Numbered from the stretch's first letter, positions 28,572-37,928 are shown. The stretch is DNA of 64,000 nt from Candidatus Babeliales bacterium (GCA_963716425.1 OY970310.1:1606807-1670806), one strand, 5' to 3'. Numbers and translations: made by a program. Notes: a model not told the origin generated them from the sequence alone.

Positions 28572-28775
28572 GATTGATGCTTCCTAGTATAGTTACTTTT
28601 TATTCAACTTAATCTTTAGGGTAACAAATTCAAGAACTAAAACAACCTCTCTTTGCATGTACAGGTAGTGAGTTTGCCTGAGCAAATTACATACTACATT
28701 GATTAAAGGACGATATCTGCTATCATAAAATCAAGAAAAAACAGTATAATGTTATACCACTCAAGGACACTATTT

Positions 28776-29321
28776 ATGAATAACAAGCTTACTATTCTTT
28801 GTCTTGGTTTACTCTCTTTTGCAACTTTTGCTTTGCCAAATCCTACGGTGAATATCTCAATTGCTATTGAAGATATACAAGATGAAGATACCAAAAATGA
28901 GATATTTGGGAAGGCATTAAAATGTATCCATGATATTTGCGATGCTACTTCTTGTAAGGTGCAACTTAATCTTAAGCAAAGTCCACCAACATCCACTAAA
29001 GAAATGGGACAAGAAGTATCTTCTGATATGCAAGCATTTATAGATGCGTGTAACAAACATGCTCTCAAAGAAGGGCATAACATTAGATTCTCGCTTGATA
29101 CGCATAATGATATTGTTATATCTTGTAAAGAGACTGAACCAAGCTACTGGCAATCAGTCAAGAGTACTGCTACTACCAAAGCAAAAAATGCTGGTGGGTA
29201 TATTAAAGATGTTGCCCACACAGGCGCGGAAAAATTAACGACGGCTGCTTATACGGTTAAAGAAAAAACAAAAAAGGGCATTCACACTGTTGCTGAAAAA
29301 GTTTCTGAGTTCACAGAATAA
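28776..29321 (+). CDS. Exported hypothetical protein with KTKxG[IV]-type repeat tail (paralog of 25500..26141)
   Basis: The start is taken at the internal MNNKLTILCLGLLSFATFA; the ORF track starts at 28749. ...IHDICDATSCKVQLNLKQ; FIDACNKHALKEGHNIRFSLDT; YWQSVKST...NAGGYIKDVAHTGAEKLTTAAYTVKEKTKKGIHTVAEKVSE. Confidence 0.7.
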   Translation: MNNKLTILCLGLLSFATFALPNPTVNISIAIEDIQDEDTKNEIFGKALKCIHDICDATSCKVQLNLKQSPPTSTKEMGQEVSSDMQAFIDACNKHALKEGHNIRFSLDTHNDIVISCKETEPSYWQSVKSTATTKAKNAGGYIKDVAHTGAEKLTTAAYTVKEKTKKGIHTVAEKVSEFTE

Positions 29322-29334
29322 CTTATATAGTAAC

Positions 29335-30300
29335 CTATCTTACACTACGTAAAGACTTCTTTGGTTGTACTGTAGATTTTACTTGTTGAACTTGCGGCTT
29401 GGATTGCGACGTTGGCTTAGTTTGAGCTTGGCTGCTTGCTTGAGCAGCCGGTTGTGGTGTAATTTGAGCTGCTTGAGTTTGTGTTTGTGTACGAGAAGAA
29501 GGTGTTGCTGGTTGGCCAGATGTTGCAGCGGTAGTGGCTGACTGTGTAGCAGCTGGAGCCGGTATTGCTGCGATAGCTGATGCAGCTTGCGTAAGCGATG
29601 ACAACGCTGAAGATGCTTGAGTAGGCGATGATGTTGCTTGAGTTGTTGTTGCCTGTTTATTTTTTGCACGAGACTCAGGAGTTATTGTTTGATGCTTATA
29701 AGATGTTGATTGCTTGCGCAGGTCATCACGTAACGCCATAAGCAAGCGTCCATACCAATTTTTACCTTTATAATCTGTGCCAGTACCATACAACGTGTCA
29801 TGTGCGTCAGTTGTTGCATACACCAAAACTGCATTGCCAGTATTCAAAAGCTTTTCACGCAACTCTCTGTGTTGATCAAATGCTGCTCGCAGAGCTTTCC
29901 TTTTAATATTAAGGTTTGTGGTAGGCCAATCTTTACGCACCTGAGCTTGGTGCGTATGAGCAAATTCGAGTGCTTTGTGCGCAGCGCTGCCTAATGCATC
30001 TGAGGTAAAGTTTCTTATAGTTTCTTGGAGAGCACTATCTGTGAATTTCATAGCTTGGTAATATTGCTCAATGGTAGGCCATACTTTACCATCAATAAGA
30101 ACATTAACCTGCCATTGCGGTATAAATTCAGCATACGGTTTTTTAATGTCATAAAAATATATGGCACCCGGAATGTTGGCCCAAGAACGTGCTTTTGAAG
30201 CGTAAGTTCTCCACGGCTCTGTTTCTAGAGTGGTAGGTGCAGCGTGGGCTGCGCAATAAAGAGTAATGAGCAATAATGAAAATATGTGTTTTATAGCCAT
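29335..30300 (-). CDS. Exported NADAR (YbiA/DUF1768) domain protein with long A/T/S/Q/P low-complexity tail
   Basis: The preferred start is ATG at 30300, preceded by GAGAGG: MAIKHIFSLLLITLYCAAHA|AP. GAIYFYDIKKPYAEFIPQW...IDGKVWPTIEQYYQAMKF...YGTGTDYKGKNWYGRLLMALRDDL. It ends with ~120 aa of ATSSPTQASS.../TQTQTQAAQ repeats. Confidence 0.85.
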   Translation of the reverse strand: MAIKHIFSLLLITLYCAAHAAPTTLETEPWRTYASKARSWANIPGAIYFYDIKKPYAEFIPQWQVNVLIDGKVWPTIEQYYQAMKFTDSALQETIRNFTSDALGSAAHKALEFAHTHQAQVRKDWPTTNLNIKRKALRAAFDQHRELREKLLNTGNAVLVYATTDAHDTLYGTGTDYKGKNWYGRLLMALRDDLRKQSTSYKHQTITPESRAKNKQATTTQATSSPTQASSALSSLTQAASAIAAIPAPAATQSATTAATSGQPATPSSRTQTQTQAAQITPQPAAQASSQAQTKPTSQSKPQVQQVKSTVQPKKSLRSVR

Positions 30301-30320
30301 TAAACCTCTCAATTCATTTA

Positions 30321-31121
30321 TTAAGTAGATTGTACAGTTGATAATTTCTTTATTGCATCGTTCATATTTTTTTCAATTTCAACTTTAAGCGGTTCTGTCT
30401 TAGAATAAAATGGTAAATACTTTTTTGCAGCAGCCAATTTATTGTTAATTAATTCTGCTTTTTCTTGGGCACCTTTTTGGGCATATTGTGCTTCTTGTGG
30501 CGATATGGTTGTTAAGAATAATACAATAGTATCGGCATCAAATAGAGCGCTACCATTCTTGCGCCAATTTACCATTTCCCACGGCGATACACCAAATGTG
30601 CCGGTCGCATGCATATCTGCTCCAGCGCCAAGAAGTACTTTTATTGCATCTTGGGCAAAAGCTTTCTCTTTAGGCTTTTCAAGTATTGCATTAAGAAAGA
30701 GATGCAGCGGTGTGATGCCAGCATTATCACGAGCATTTGGATCAAGACCTGCTGTCAAAAGGATTTTTAATTGATCAGTATTTTCATTATCAATGGTTAG
30801 ATGCACGAGTGTTTGACCAGTAGCATCTTTTACTGTTATATCATTGCCTCGTTTAATCAATGCTTCGAGTATTGAAGGGTTATCATTATCAACTGCCTGC
30901 TGCATAATTGTCTGAGGTGTTATTTTTTTTGTAATTTTTTTCTGTTGTTCCTCATGCAGATTTTTTATAAAAGACACCCCACCCGGGACCTTCTTCCAAG
31001 AATTCATTTGGACAGCAGGTAATGTGCCAATGCCAGTTTCTGTTGTTTCTGCAAAGGCGTACCCTGCTATTGCCTGCATAGCGATAAGGCTCACAAGAGC
31101 ATATATGTTATTAATCTTCAT
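30321..31121 (-). CDS. Exported ANK-repeat protein
   Basis: Canonical leader ...AIAGYAFA|ET. ANK motifs: GQTLVHLTIDNENTDQLKILLTAGLDPNARDNAGITPLHLFL. Confidence 0.8.
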   Translation of the reverse strand: MKINNIYALVSLIAMQAIAGYAFAETTETGIGTLPAVQMNSWKKVPGGVSFIKNLHEEQQKKITKKITPQTIMQQAVDNDNPSILEALIKRGNDITVKDATGQTLVHLTIDNENTDQLKILLTAGLDPNARDNAGITPLHLFLNAILEKPKEKAFAQDAIKVLLGAGADMHATGTFGVSPWEMVNWRKNGSALFDADTIVLFLTTISPQEAQYAQKGAQEKAELINNKLAAAKKYLPFYSKTEPLKVEIEKNMNDAIKKLSTVQST

Positions 31122-31325
31122 TTTTTATCCTTTAAAATAGCTAAAAATCCCATTTATAGGTACTCTTCTCTATCTTCAGGATAACAAAAATGCAAGTGAA
31201 ATTGTTAGAGTTTTTTGGCAACTTGAAAATATTTGTGAATTTTAACCTATGTGCTCAGGGAAGAACTCAGGGGCTTTAGTTATGCTTGCGACTGTTTCTT
31301 TTTACATTTGATCATATCAATTTTT

Positions 31326-31961
31326 CTATTCAGTTTCATTAAAATTTGTTACTTGTGTTGCACTAAGCGCTTGAACTACTAATTCTGATACATGAGGTCG
31401 CGATGTTACCATGCTCAAGGGTGTTTGACCTTTTTTATTAACAGCACCTCTATCTACCCCTGCAGCAAGTAACATCATGATTATTTTGACCTGTTTACCT
31501 GTTTTAGAAGCGTCTGTGTACTGTTGTACTACTGCATGCAAGGCGGTGCCGGTGCAGTCAGCTGCACGAACGTCAGCTCCTTGTGCAAGTAATGCTTTTA
31601 CTGCGCCTACATGAAAATGTGAGGCAGCAAGCTGGAGAGGAAGGTGTCCAAACTCAGTCTTGGCCTCAAGCTGCGAGCGATCTTTTTCCACCAGGGCGGG
31701 GATTATTTTTTTGCAACCATATCTTGCAGCCAAATGCAAGCATGGCCACGTGAGCCATGGTGAAACTGCATGAGCTCCCTGCGCTAAAAGACGCTGGGCT
31801 TTTTCTCCTTTTTTCTTTTTAATCGTTTTGTACAATTTATAATCTAATTGCTCCTGTTCTTCGGGTCCTATGGCTTGTTCGTCGTGAACTACAAGCATGG
31901 GAAAAACTGGTACAGTACATAGCAGCTTGCACGCAAGGACTATTGTTAAGATCTTGTACAT
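31326..31961 (-). CDS. Exported ANK-repeat protein
   Basis: Leader MYKILTIVLACKLLCTVPVFPM. ANK motifs: PCLHLAARYGCKKIIPALV, HLPLQLAASHFHVGAVKALLAQGADVRAADCTGTALHAVV. Confidence 0.8.
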   Translation of the reverse strand: MYKILTIVLACKLLCTVPVFPMLVVHDEQAIGPEEQEQLDYKLYKTIKKKKGEKAQRLLAQGAHAVSPWLTWPCLHLAARYGCKKIIPALVEKDRSQLEAKTEFGHLPLQLAASHFHVGAVKALLAQGADVRAADCTGTALHAVVQQYTDASKTGKQVKIIMMLLAAGVDRGAVNKKGQTPLSMVTSRPHVSELVVQALSATQVTNFNETE

Positions 31962-31966
31962 GTCTT

Positions 31967-33526
31967 TTAGCCAATGGTAATCTGAGTGCCGTCAAAACGA
32001 GTGAGGGTAAACTTAGTTTCAGTTGTCTTTGCCCAATCAGAGAGTATTGCAAGCCCAATTTCTTCTCCCATAAGCATAGAAAGTACTGCATCAGAACGAT
32101 AATGAACTCCTGCCATATTACGTGCAAACGCAATATTTGCAGCAAACTTATTCAGTTCGTGCCCAACGGTTAATGTTTCGCCATTATACGGGACAAGGGC
32201 GGTGCCATCACTATTTGGTAGTACTGGATTTGGTATTGCAAAATCTTCATTAAAGAATGCTTTAAGAATCGTTATACAGCCTCCTGAAACGGAAGCATGT
32301 GCAGACGGAAATGTAGGATGCAGTGGGCAACCCTCAGGATACATTTGAGGCAGCAAATAGGTTCCTTCGCCATTGTTCAGTTTTGAGCTGAGCTTGTATA
32401 TTTCTTGTACTGCTTCCGATTTTATTACATCAGCATGAATGCCTGCATCAAATATGTTTTTAATTTGTTGGTCAATAAGGTAAGCACATTCCTCTGCGCG
32501 TAACGTGCGATGCACAAACCATTTTTGATAGCGGGCTGCGCGTAAGCACATTTCTGTGGTCATGGATACGAGTGATCCAATATGTAGTTTACAAAATTCA
32601 TTTTGTGCTGATTGAAGCGATTTTGTAAGAGGTGGGGCTCCTTGTTTGAGAGCTTGTGGTCCAAAGCTGAGTAAAATAATTTGTGTGCACATAAAATGCC
32701 ATTGTGGTGGATCTTGGTGTACGTAATTGCCAATATCCCGCATGGTGCGGACGTAATATTTATTGTTATCGTATTCAATTTTTCTCAAAGGATGATGGCC
32801 AAGTTCAATAAAACGCCATTCATCAAGGGCGGTCAGAAATTCATTCTTGAGCGTAGCTTGTTGTGTGCCATATTTTTGTGGGAGCTTTGCATCATTTTCA
32901 AGTGGTATATCCAAATAAAAGAATTGTGAAATAATAGGCCCGGTAAGTACACCATCAAAGGGTGCTCTAAAGAGCGTTTGTGGTGTTACCATGCCATTCT
33001 CTCTTGGGCCTTTAAAATCAGAGCAGTTTGAAAGATCCTGTGCAGATTGAGCTACATAGGGATGAGTTGCAAATTCAATAAATGGAATATCACGTAGCAA
33101 TGCATGCCAATACAGTTCCATCATTTCACTTGCTTTTTCTGCAGAAGCAAGAGCCGGCGGCGGTGGTGTGACTTGCAACCAAACTTCTTTGCCCATTAAA
33201 TGTTCTGGTAATGCTTCGCGCAATGAAGTATATATTAGTTCTGGTGGCTGTACACCCCAAGGAATTTTATTAAATTCTTCCATGCTGCGGGTTGCTATAG
33301 TATGCAACACTTGCTCAAATGCTGTAACATCAACAAGGCCTTGTTCAGTTTTAGGAAGTCCTTTGCCAAAACTGCCACGTTTATCAGCATAACGGGTTTC
33401 ATCACCGTTGGTTGTTTGATTGAGGAGTATCTTAGCTTCAGGTGTTTTATATACCAACTTGAAGGTAATTACACCTAAGATGATAAGTGGGATGAGTATG
33501 AGATATTTTGTTGATTTTTGTTGCAT
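31967..33526 (-). CDS. Membrane-anchored PAP2-superfamily protein of the vanadium-haloperoxidase / acid-phosphatase type
   Basis: N-terminal anchor YLILIPLIILGVITF. The C-terminal motifs PTFPSAHASVSGG and ARNMAGVHYRSD correspond to the PSGH and SR-x5-H-x3-D active-site blocks of PAP2/V-haloperoxidases. Confidence 0.65.
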   Translation of the reverse strand: MQQKSTKYLILIPLIILGVITFKLVYKTPEAKILLNQTTNGDETRYADKRGSFGKGLPKTEQGLVDVTAFEQVLHTIATRSMEEFNKIPWGVQPPELIYTSLREALPEHLMGKEVWLQVTPPPPALASAEKASEMMELYWHALLRDIPFIEFATHPYVAQSAQDLSNCSDFKGPRENGMVTPQTLFRAPFDGVLTGPIISQFFYLDIPLENDAKLPQKYGTQQATLKNEFLTALDEWRFIELGHHPLRKIEYDNNKYYVRTMRDIGNYVHQDPPQWHFMCTQIILLSFGPQALKQGAPPLTKSLQSAQNEFCKLHIGSLVSMTTEMCLRAARYQKWFVHRTLRAEECAYLIDQQIKNIFDAGIHADVIKSEAVQEIYKLSSKLNNGEGTYLLPQMYPEGCPLHPTFPSAHASVSGGCITILKAFFNEDFAIPNPVLPNSDGTALVPYNGETLTVGHELNKFAANIAFARNMAGVHYRSDAVLSMLMGEEIGLAILSDWAKTTETKFTLTRFDGTQITIG

Positions 33527-33551
33527 GTTACCAGTTCCTTTTTATATGGAG

Positions 33552-34496
33552 CTACTTGCCAAATTCTCTATTAAAGAGTTTCTCTAAGATTGTTGAACCA
33601 TGTCGAGAAATCTTTTGTTCTAATAGTACGTTCTTTGGTATTGAACTGTCAAGCGCTAATATGTAATGTCTTTGCGTTTGTTCATTAACAAGAATTTTCG
33701 CAGCATCAGCATGGCCATTTTGAATTGCAAGATCATATGCTAATAAGTTGCTATCAGTAAGAATATCAGAACGGGCACCACGTTGTAAGAGTAGAGTAAT
33801 TCCATAGAGGTTACCTGATGATGCGGCATCATGGAGTGGCGTATGTCCTAAAAAATCTTGCGCATTTACTTCTGCTTGTAATTTCAATAATTCTTCTGTT
33901 GATGAGTGCGCGTGATGTTGTACTGCAAGATGAAGGGGGGAATTACCTAGGGTATCGGTAGCTTGTAGACATGCTCCATGGTCAACAAGTAACCGTATGT
34001 TTGCTGAGGCTTTTTCATCATTACTCAGGGCGGCTATATGAAGAGACGTATTGCCTTCAGAGTCTTGTTTATCAATATCGCCATTTTTTGAAAGGAAAAG
34101 TGTAAGAAGTTCTAAAGCATGATTTTTAACTGCTTCATGCATAGCGGTCGTGGAAATACCATCTTCATCAAACACTGGGCAATAAGGATCTGCCCCATGC
34201 TTGAGTAAAAATCTTACCAGAGTGGGTCTATTGGATTGAGTGCAATTAATGAAGAATCGTTGTCTGCCGGATGCCATCACTCCTAGAGCGATACCACCTA
34301 AGGTAAGAGATCCCATAATTACGCCTACGGTTAAACTTTCACCAACGTTAATGCTAGTTCCTGTATGTATTGCAGCATTAACATAGGGTGAGGTGCGTTG
34401 GCATATGAGTGCTGGTTCAATGAGGCAAGACAATTCCATAGTATAGAGTTGAGTGCTAGAAAAGAGTATTATACCGAAAACTATATTTTTGATCAT
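33552..34496 (-). CDS. Leader-bearing ANK-repeat protein with an additional internal hydrophobic segment
   Basis: Leader MIKNIVFGIILFSSTQLYTM|EL. Hydrophobic segment LTVGVIMGSLTLGGIALGVMASG. At least 5 ANK repeats (GNTSLHIAALSNDEK, GNSPLHLAVQHHAHS, GHTPLHDAASSGNLYGITLLLQRGA). Confidence 0.8.
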   Translation of the reverse strand: MIKNIVFGIILFSSTQLYTMELSCLIEPALICQRTSPYVNAAIHTGTSINVGESLTVGVIMGSLTLGGIALGVMASGRQRFFINCTQSNRPTLVRFLLKHGADPYCPVFDEDGISTTAMHEAVKNHALELLTLFLSKNGDIDKQDSEGNTSLHIAALSNDEKASANIRLLVDHGACLQATDTLGNSPLHLAVQHHAHSSTEELLKLQAEVNAQDFLGHTPLHDAASSGNLYGITLLLQRGARSDILTDSNLLAYDLAIQNGHADAAKILVNEQTQRHYILALDSSIPKNVLLEQKISRHGSTILEKLFNREFGK

Positions 34497-34588
34497 ATAC
34501 TTCGTTCCCAGAAGAGAAGTTTATTGCGTGCTTGTGTTATTAGAATACTTGGGTGTATGTAGTATATGCAAGGATGATGGTGATGAGA

Positions 34589-34637
34589 TGAATAAAAAAC
34601 CCTCTTATAAAGCTTTGGTGCTTGCCAAGAGGGTTTT
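34589..34637 (-). terminator. Rho-independent terminator downstream of the BI-1/YccA gene
   Basis: AAAACCCTCTT (34596..34606) pairs perfectly with AAGAGGGTTTT (34627..34637). T-runs are present on both strands. Confidence 0.6.
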
Positions 34638-34653
34638 GTTTTTTATGTTGTAA

Positions 34654-35343
34654 TTAGTCTTTTCTTTTGCCCATTAAACGCAATAAACTTAAGAATAAGT
34701 TGAGAAAATCAAGATATAAAGTAAGTGCGCCCAATAAGGCGATCTTGCCTTCAGATTCATCATGCGCATACATGCTCAATTGTTTGATTTTTTGAACATC
34801 ATAGGCAGTGAGTAGTGTAAAGATGATCACACCACCAATTGCAAGTAAGAAGTCCATATGGCTGCTGCCTACAAACCAGTTAACAACGCTTGCAAGAACG
34901 AGACCGAATAATCCCATTAAGGCAATGTTGCCCATGGTGGTTAGATCTGAATCGGTAAAGTAACCATAGATTGCCATTGCGCCGAACATGCCACTTGCAA
35001 CAATAAACGTAGTATAAATTGATCCCATGGTATATACCAAAAAGATAGGAGCAAGGAAAATACCCATTAACATTGAATACACTATAAACATGGATGCTGC
35101 TACTGCAAAACTTAAGCGATTAATAGCTGCTGATAAACCGATCACAATGCCAAATATCGCAATGACAAGCACCCATTTTAAAGGTGAGCACATTATTTGA
35201 TACATAGCGTGCGGGAAGAATTCATATAAGCTATATGAAGTGGCTGCAGTAAGCGCAAGGCCTGCAAACATCCATCCATATACTTTATACATAAAATTTT
35301 CTATGGGCCGAGCCATAGGCATATTGTAATATGTTGAGTTCAT
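34654..35343 (-). CDS. BAX inhibitor-1 / YccA family (TMBIM) membrane protein
   Basis: Seven hydrophobic spans. FMYKVYGWMFAGLALTA...; C-terminal LYLDFLNLFLSLLRLMG is typical of the family. Confidence 0.85.
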   Translation of the reverse strand: MNSTYYNMPMARPIENFMYKVYGWMFAGLALTAATSYSLYEFFPHAMYQIMCSPLKWVLVIAIFGIVIGLSAAINRLSFAVAASMFIVYSMLMGIFLAPIFLVYTMGSIYTTFIVASGMFGAMAIYGYFTDSDLTTMGNIALMGLFGLVLASVVNWFVGSSHMDFLLAIGGVIIFTLLTAYDVQKIKQLSMYAHDESEGKIALLGALTLYLDFLNLFLSLLRLMGKRKD

Positions 35344-35493
35344 AATAATCCTTTCAAATGTATTAAAATTGTAGTTAAATTATAGCATATTAGCTCTTTT
35401 TGGTCAAGAAGCAGAATTTGCTATTTGTCATATAGTGCTACTGATATGACCTCCGAACGTTCTCTATTGCTTAGCACTTGTATGCTCTGTGAG

Positions 35494-35883
35494 CTATTTT
35501 AATTGTCTTAGTAAACTGGTAAGCTTGGCACTCTTTTTTCGCTCTGCAGCTCTGAGCGTCTCATTGTGATCCCATTGATATTTTACCCCTTCAGAGATGC
35601 TGTTTGCAAGTGAGTTCTCTTTCTGTTGTTTTGGGCTTCTGCAGCAGGAAAAACAAGATGAAATGGTTGGTCCACAATATTGCTTAATCGTTGCACTCAC
35701 TAAAATTACACCGCATACTAATTGCGCGCCCAAGAGCGGATAAGCAATATACGGATACTCGTCACAAAATTTAACTAGAGATCTTCTTTCTTCTGCATCC
35801 AGGGGAAGATACATCGCCTTTAATGGTACGGTTGAGCTATAACTATATAATAGTGTTAAGCACAAAAATACTTTTCTTATCAT
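35494..35883 (-). CDS. Small leader-bearing Cys-rich hypothetical protein
   Basis: Leader MIRKVFLCLTLLYSYSSTVPLKAM|YL, one further TM, then CFSCCRSP. No recognisable family. Confidence 0.5.
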   Translation of the reverse strand: MIRKVFLCLTLLYSYSSTVPLKAMYLPLDAEERRSLVKFCDEYPYIAYPLLGAQLVCGVILVSATIKQYCGPTISSCFSCCRSPKQQKENSLANSISEGVKYQWDHNETLRAAERKKSAKLTSLLRQLK

Positions 35884-35886
35884 ATT

Positions 35887-36264
35887 TTATTCATCCTTCA
35901 TCTTTATTTGCTTTACTGTAGTATCCGATCCTTGAGTTCTGAATGCAGCAAGAAGTCCTTTATCATGTGCTTCCATAAAGTTTTCGCGAGCTGTTTTTAT
36001 TTTTTTGCAACAATCATATGAAGCGATTGCTGTTCGCACACGGTCATAAGAGGGCGCTTTCTCCGCAACTCTTAAGAGTAATTCAAGCCCATATAATGTA
36101 TAAATGGGGCAACAAGCTACAAGAAGAAAAGTTCCGGGCTTACCATCATACGCACGAGCAATTCTATTTATTTCTTCTGGACTCAATATATCGAATGCAT
36201 ATATCGATACTGATACTCCAAATAAGCTGCCGATCAATACTGTTACGAACATAATTTTTTTCAT
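35887..36264 (-). CDS. Small leader-bearing hypothetical protein
   Basis: Leader MKKIMFVTVLIGSLFGVSVSIYA. Loosely parallel to 35494..35883 (internal hydrophobic segment, CC pair). Confidence 0.5.
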   Translation of the reverse strand: MKKIMFVTVLIGSLFGVSVSIYAFDILSPEEINRIARAYDGKPGTFLLVACCPIYTLYGLELLLRVAEKAPSYDRVRTAIASYDCCKKIKTARENFMEAHDKGLLAAFRTQGSDTTVKQIKMKDE

Positions 36265-36276
36265 GATTATCCTTTT

Positions 36277-37206
36277 TTATGTATCAAGTAATTGACTCAG
36301 TTTATGTTCCGGTGCGCCTTCAAGCCGCTTTATACGTTCAATATCTCCAAGATAAATCTGTGTAGTGCTGGGAGCAGTGTGCCGCATGGCAAGTTGTACT
36401 TCATGGAGCGATGCGCCTGCTTGCATAGAAAGCACCCCAAATGTATGGCGCAGACTATGAGCAGTGACGCGCTTGGTTTTGATACCTGCTTTCTGGTAGT
36501 ATTGCCTGATCAAGCGAGAAATGGAAAACGTTGTGAGCCGCTTGCCAAAATTTTTATCACTTACCGATGCAAAGAGGGGAGTGCGGGCAGTAGTTTCAAG
36601 ATTGCGCGCAGTAATATATTCTTGTAAAGGTGTAAGAGCATTTTCTGTGAGTATTACAAATTCATCTTTGCCATGCCTTCCCTTACCTTGGATCCAAAGA
36701 CGATAATTGCCATGATGGCTTTCTATATCGGCAAGTTCACATGATGCCACTTCTTTAAGGCGTAGACCCGTACGCACCAGCAAGTTAATCAGTGCATAAT
36801 CGCGTTTGCCTTGCAGAGTACCGCGATCAATAACAGAAAGTACCGCACGAATATCCGCAATGGATAATGAATCTTTGTGGTGACTTTTTTGTTTGGTGCG
36901 CGCAGTCTTAATGCCATGGGCCACATCGGGGTACATATTATTTTCATGGGTCCAGGAAAAAAATCTACGCACCAGCACAATGTACAGAGATTTGGTGAAA
37001 GCGCTTAACCTTCTACCATCGAGCGACGCCTTATACTCTAAAATAGTCATGCGGGTAGGAGCGGTTATTTTTTTTTGTTTGCACCAAAGGGCAAATTGAT
37101 AGAGCACGTGTTTATAGGTGATCAAAGAAGTTGCTGCAATATCTTGCGATGCCAAAAATGGTTCGCATGCTTGTGATATATCTAAGGAATGTTGGGTGAA
37201 CTGCAT
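36277..37206 (-). CDS. Tyrosine-type site-specific recombinase/integrase
   Basis: N-terminal SAM-like core-binding region (TSLITYKHVLYQFALW). Catalytic region: LVRTGLRLKEV (Arg I), HSLRHTFGV (His-x-x-Arg), AMRHTAPSTTQIY (His ... Tyr). Confidence 0.85.
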   Translation of the reverse strand: MQFTQHSLDISQACEPFLASQDIAATSLITYKHVLYQFALWCKQKKITAPTRMTILEYKASLDGRRLSAFTKSLYIVLVRRFFSWTHENNMYPDVAHGIKTARTKQKSHHKDSLSIADIRAVLSVIDRGTLQGKRDYALINLLVRTGLRLKEVASCELADIESHHGNYRLWIQGKGRHGKDEFVILTENALTPLQEYITARNLETTARTPLFASVSDKNFGKRLTTFSISRLIRQYYQKAGIKTKRVTAHSLRHTFGVLSMQAGASLHEVQLAMRHTAPSTTQIYLGDIERIKRLEGAPEHKLSQLLDT

Positions 37207-37296
37207 AATGTTCCTTTTTGCTATCGATTACTTAAGAGTAAGGATACTGCAAAAGGGAGATGGGTGCAAAGTGCATGGAGCATATAGCCTCTATAA

Positions 37297-37860
37297 TTAA
37301 TTGCTCGCTTGCGTAACATTTTCTAGCGCATCATACACTTCAGTGGTCATATCTTCTTCTTGCTTTTGTACTTTCTCGAGAATAAGTTCTATCTTTTCAA
37401 AAAAATGGTCTTGATCATCGAGCAATCCCATATATTCTTTTTTAATAAGTAGAAGCGTGTTATAAAGATCTTGTTCATAGGCAAGACATGCATCTATAAA
37501 GTTATCATATTCATTTTCAAGCAGTTCTAATTCAAAAGCAGATTGAGCAAGTTGCTCTTGTAAAGCAGCAATTTCTTTATTTTTTTGTTGCTCCATGGAG
37601 GTCAATTGTTCACGTAAATCTGCAATGGTTTCTTGATCCTTTTGATTTTGGACGTTTTGGATTTCTAACATATTTTGCATTTTTTTGATATCAGCCTTAA
37701 TTTGATTGAGCGCATCATTATGCTGTTCTTGATGCAGGGTAATCGTACTACTTAATTCAGCGAGTACTGTTTGACAAGCTTGCATTGCCTCACTGGTTGT
37801 CATTGCATGTATGCTACAGCCAAAAAGAAGTAGTGCTATAAGTAAGATTTTTTGTGTCAT
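37297..37860 (-). CDS. Exported coiled-coil protein (paralog of 37929..38672)
   Basis: The start is taken at MTQKILLIALLLFGCSIHAM|TT, with AAGGAG upstream. EIAALQEQLAQSAFELELLENEYDNFIDACLAYEQDLYNTLLLIKKEY parallels the neighbouring gene. Confidence 0.7.
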   Translation of the reverse strand: MTQKILLIALLLFGCSIHAMTTSEAMQACQTVLAELSSTITLHQEQHNDALNQIKADIKKMQNMLEIQNVQNQKDQETIADLREQLTSMEQQKNKEIAALQEQLAQSAFELELLENEYDNFIDACLAYEQDLYNTLLLIKKEYMGLLDDQDHFFEKIELILEKVQKQEEDMTTEVYDALENVTQASN

Positions 37861-37928
37861 AAGTGGTCTCCTTGGGTAGTAAGGGGGCATGAGTGCCCCC
37901 GTTAGACAATGTAAGCCGATAGTTGATT

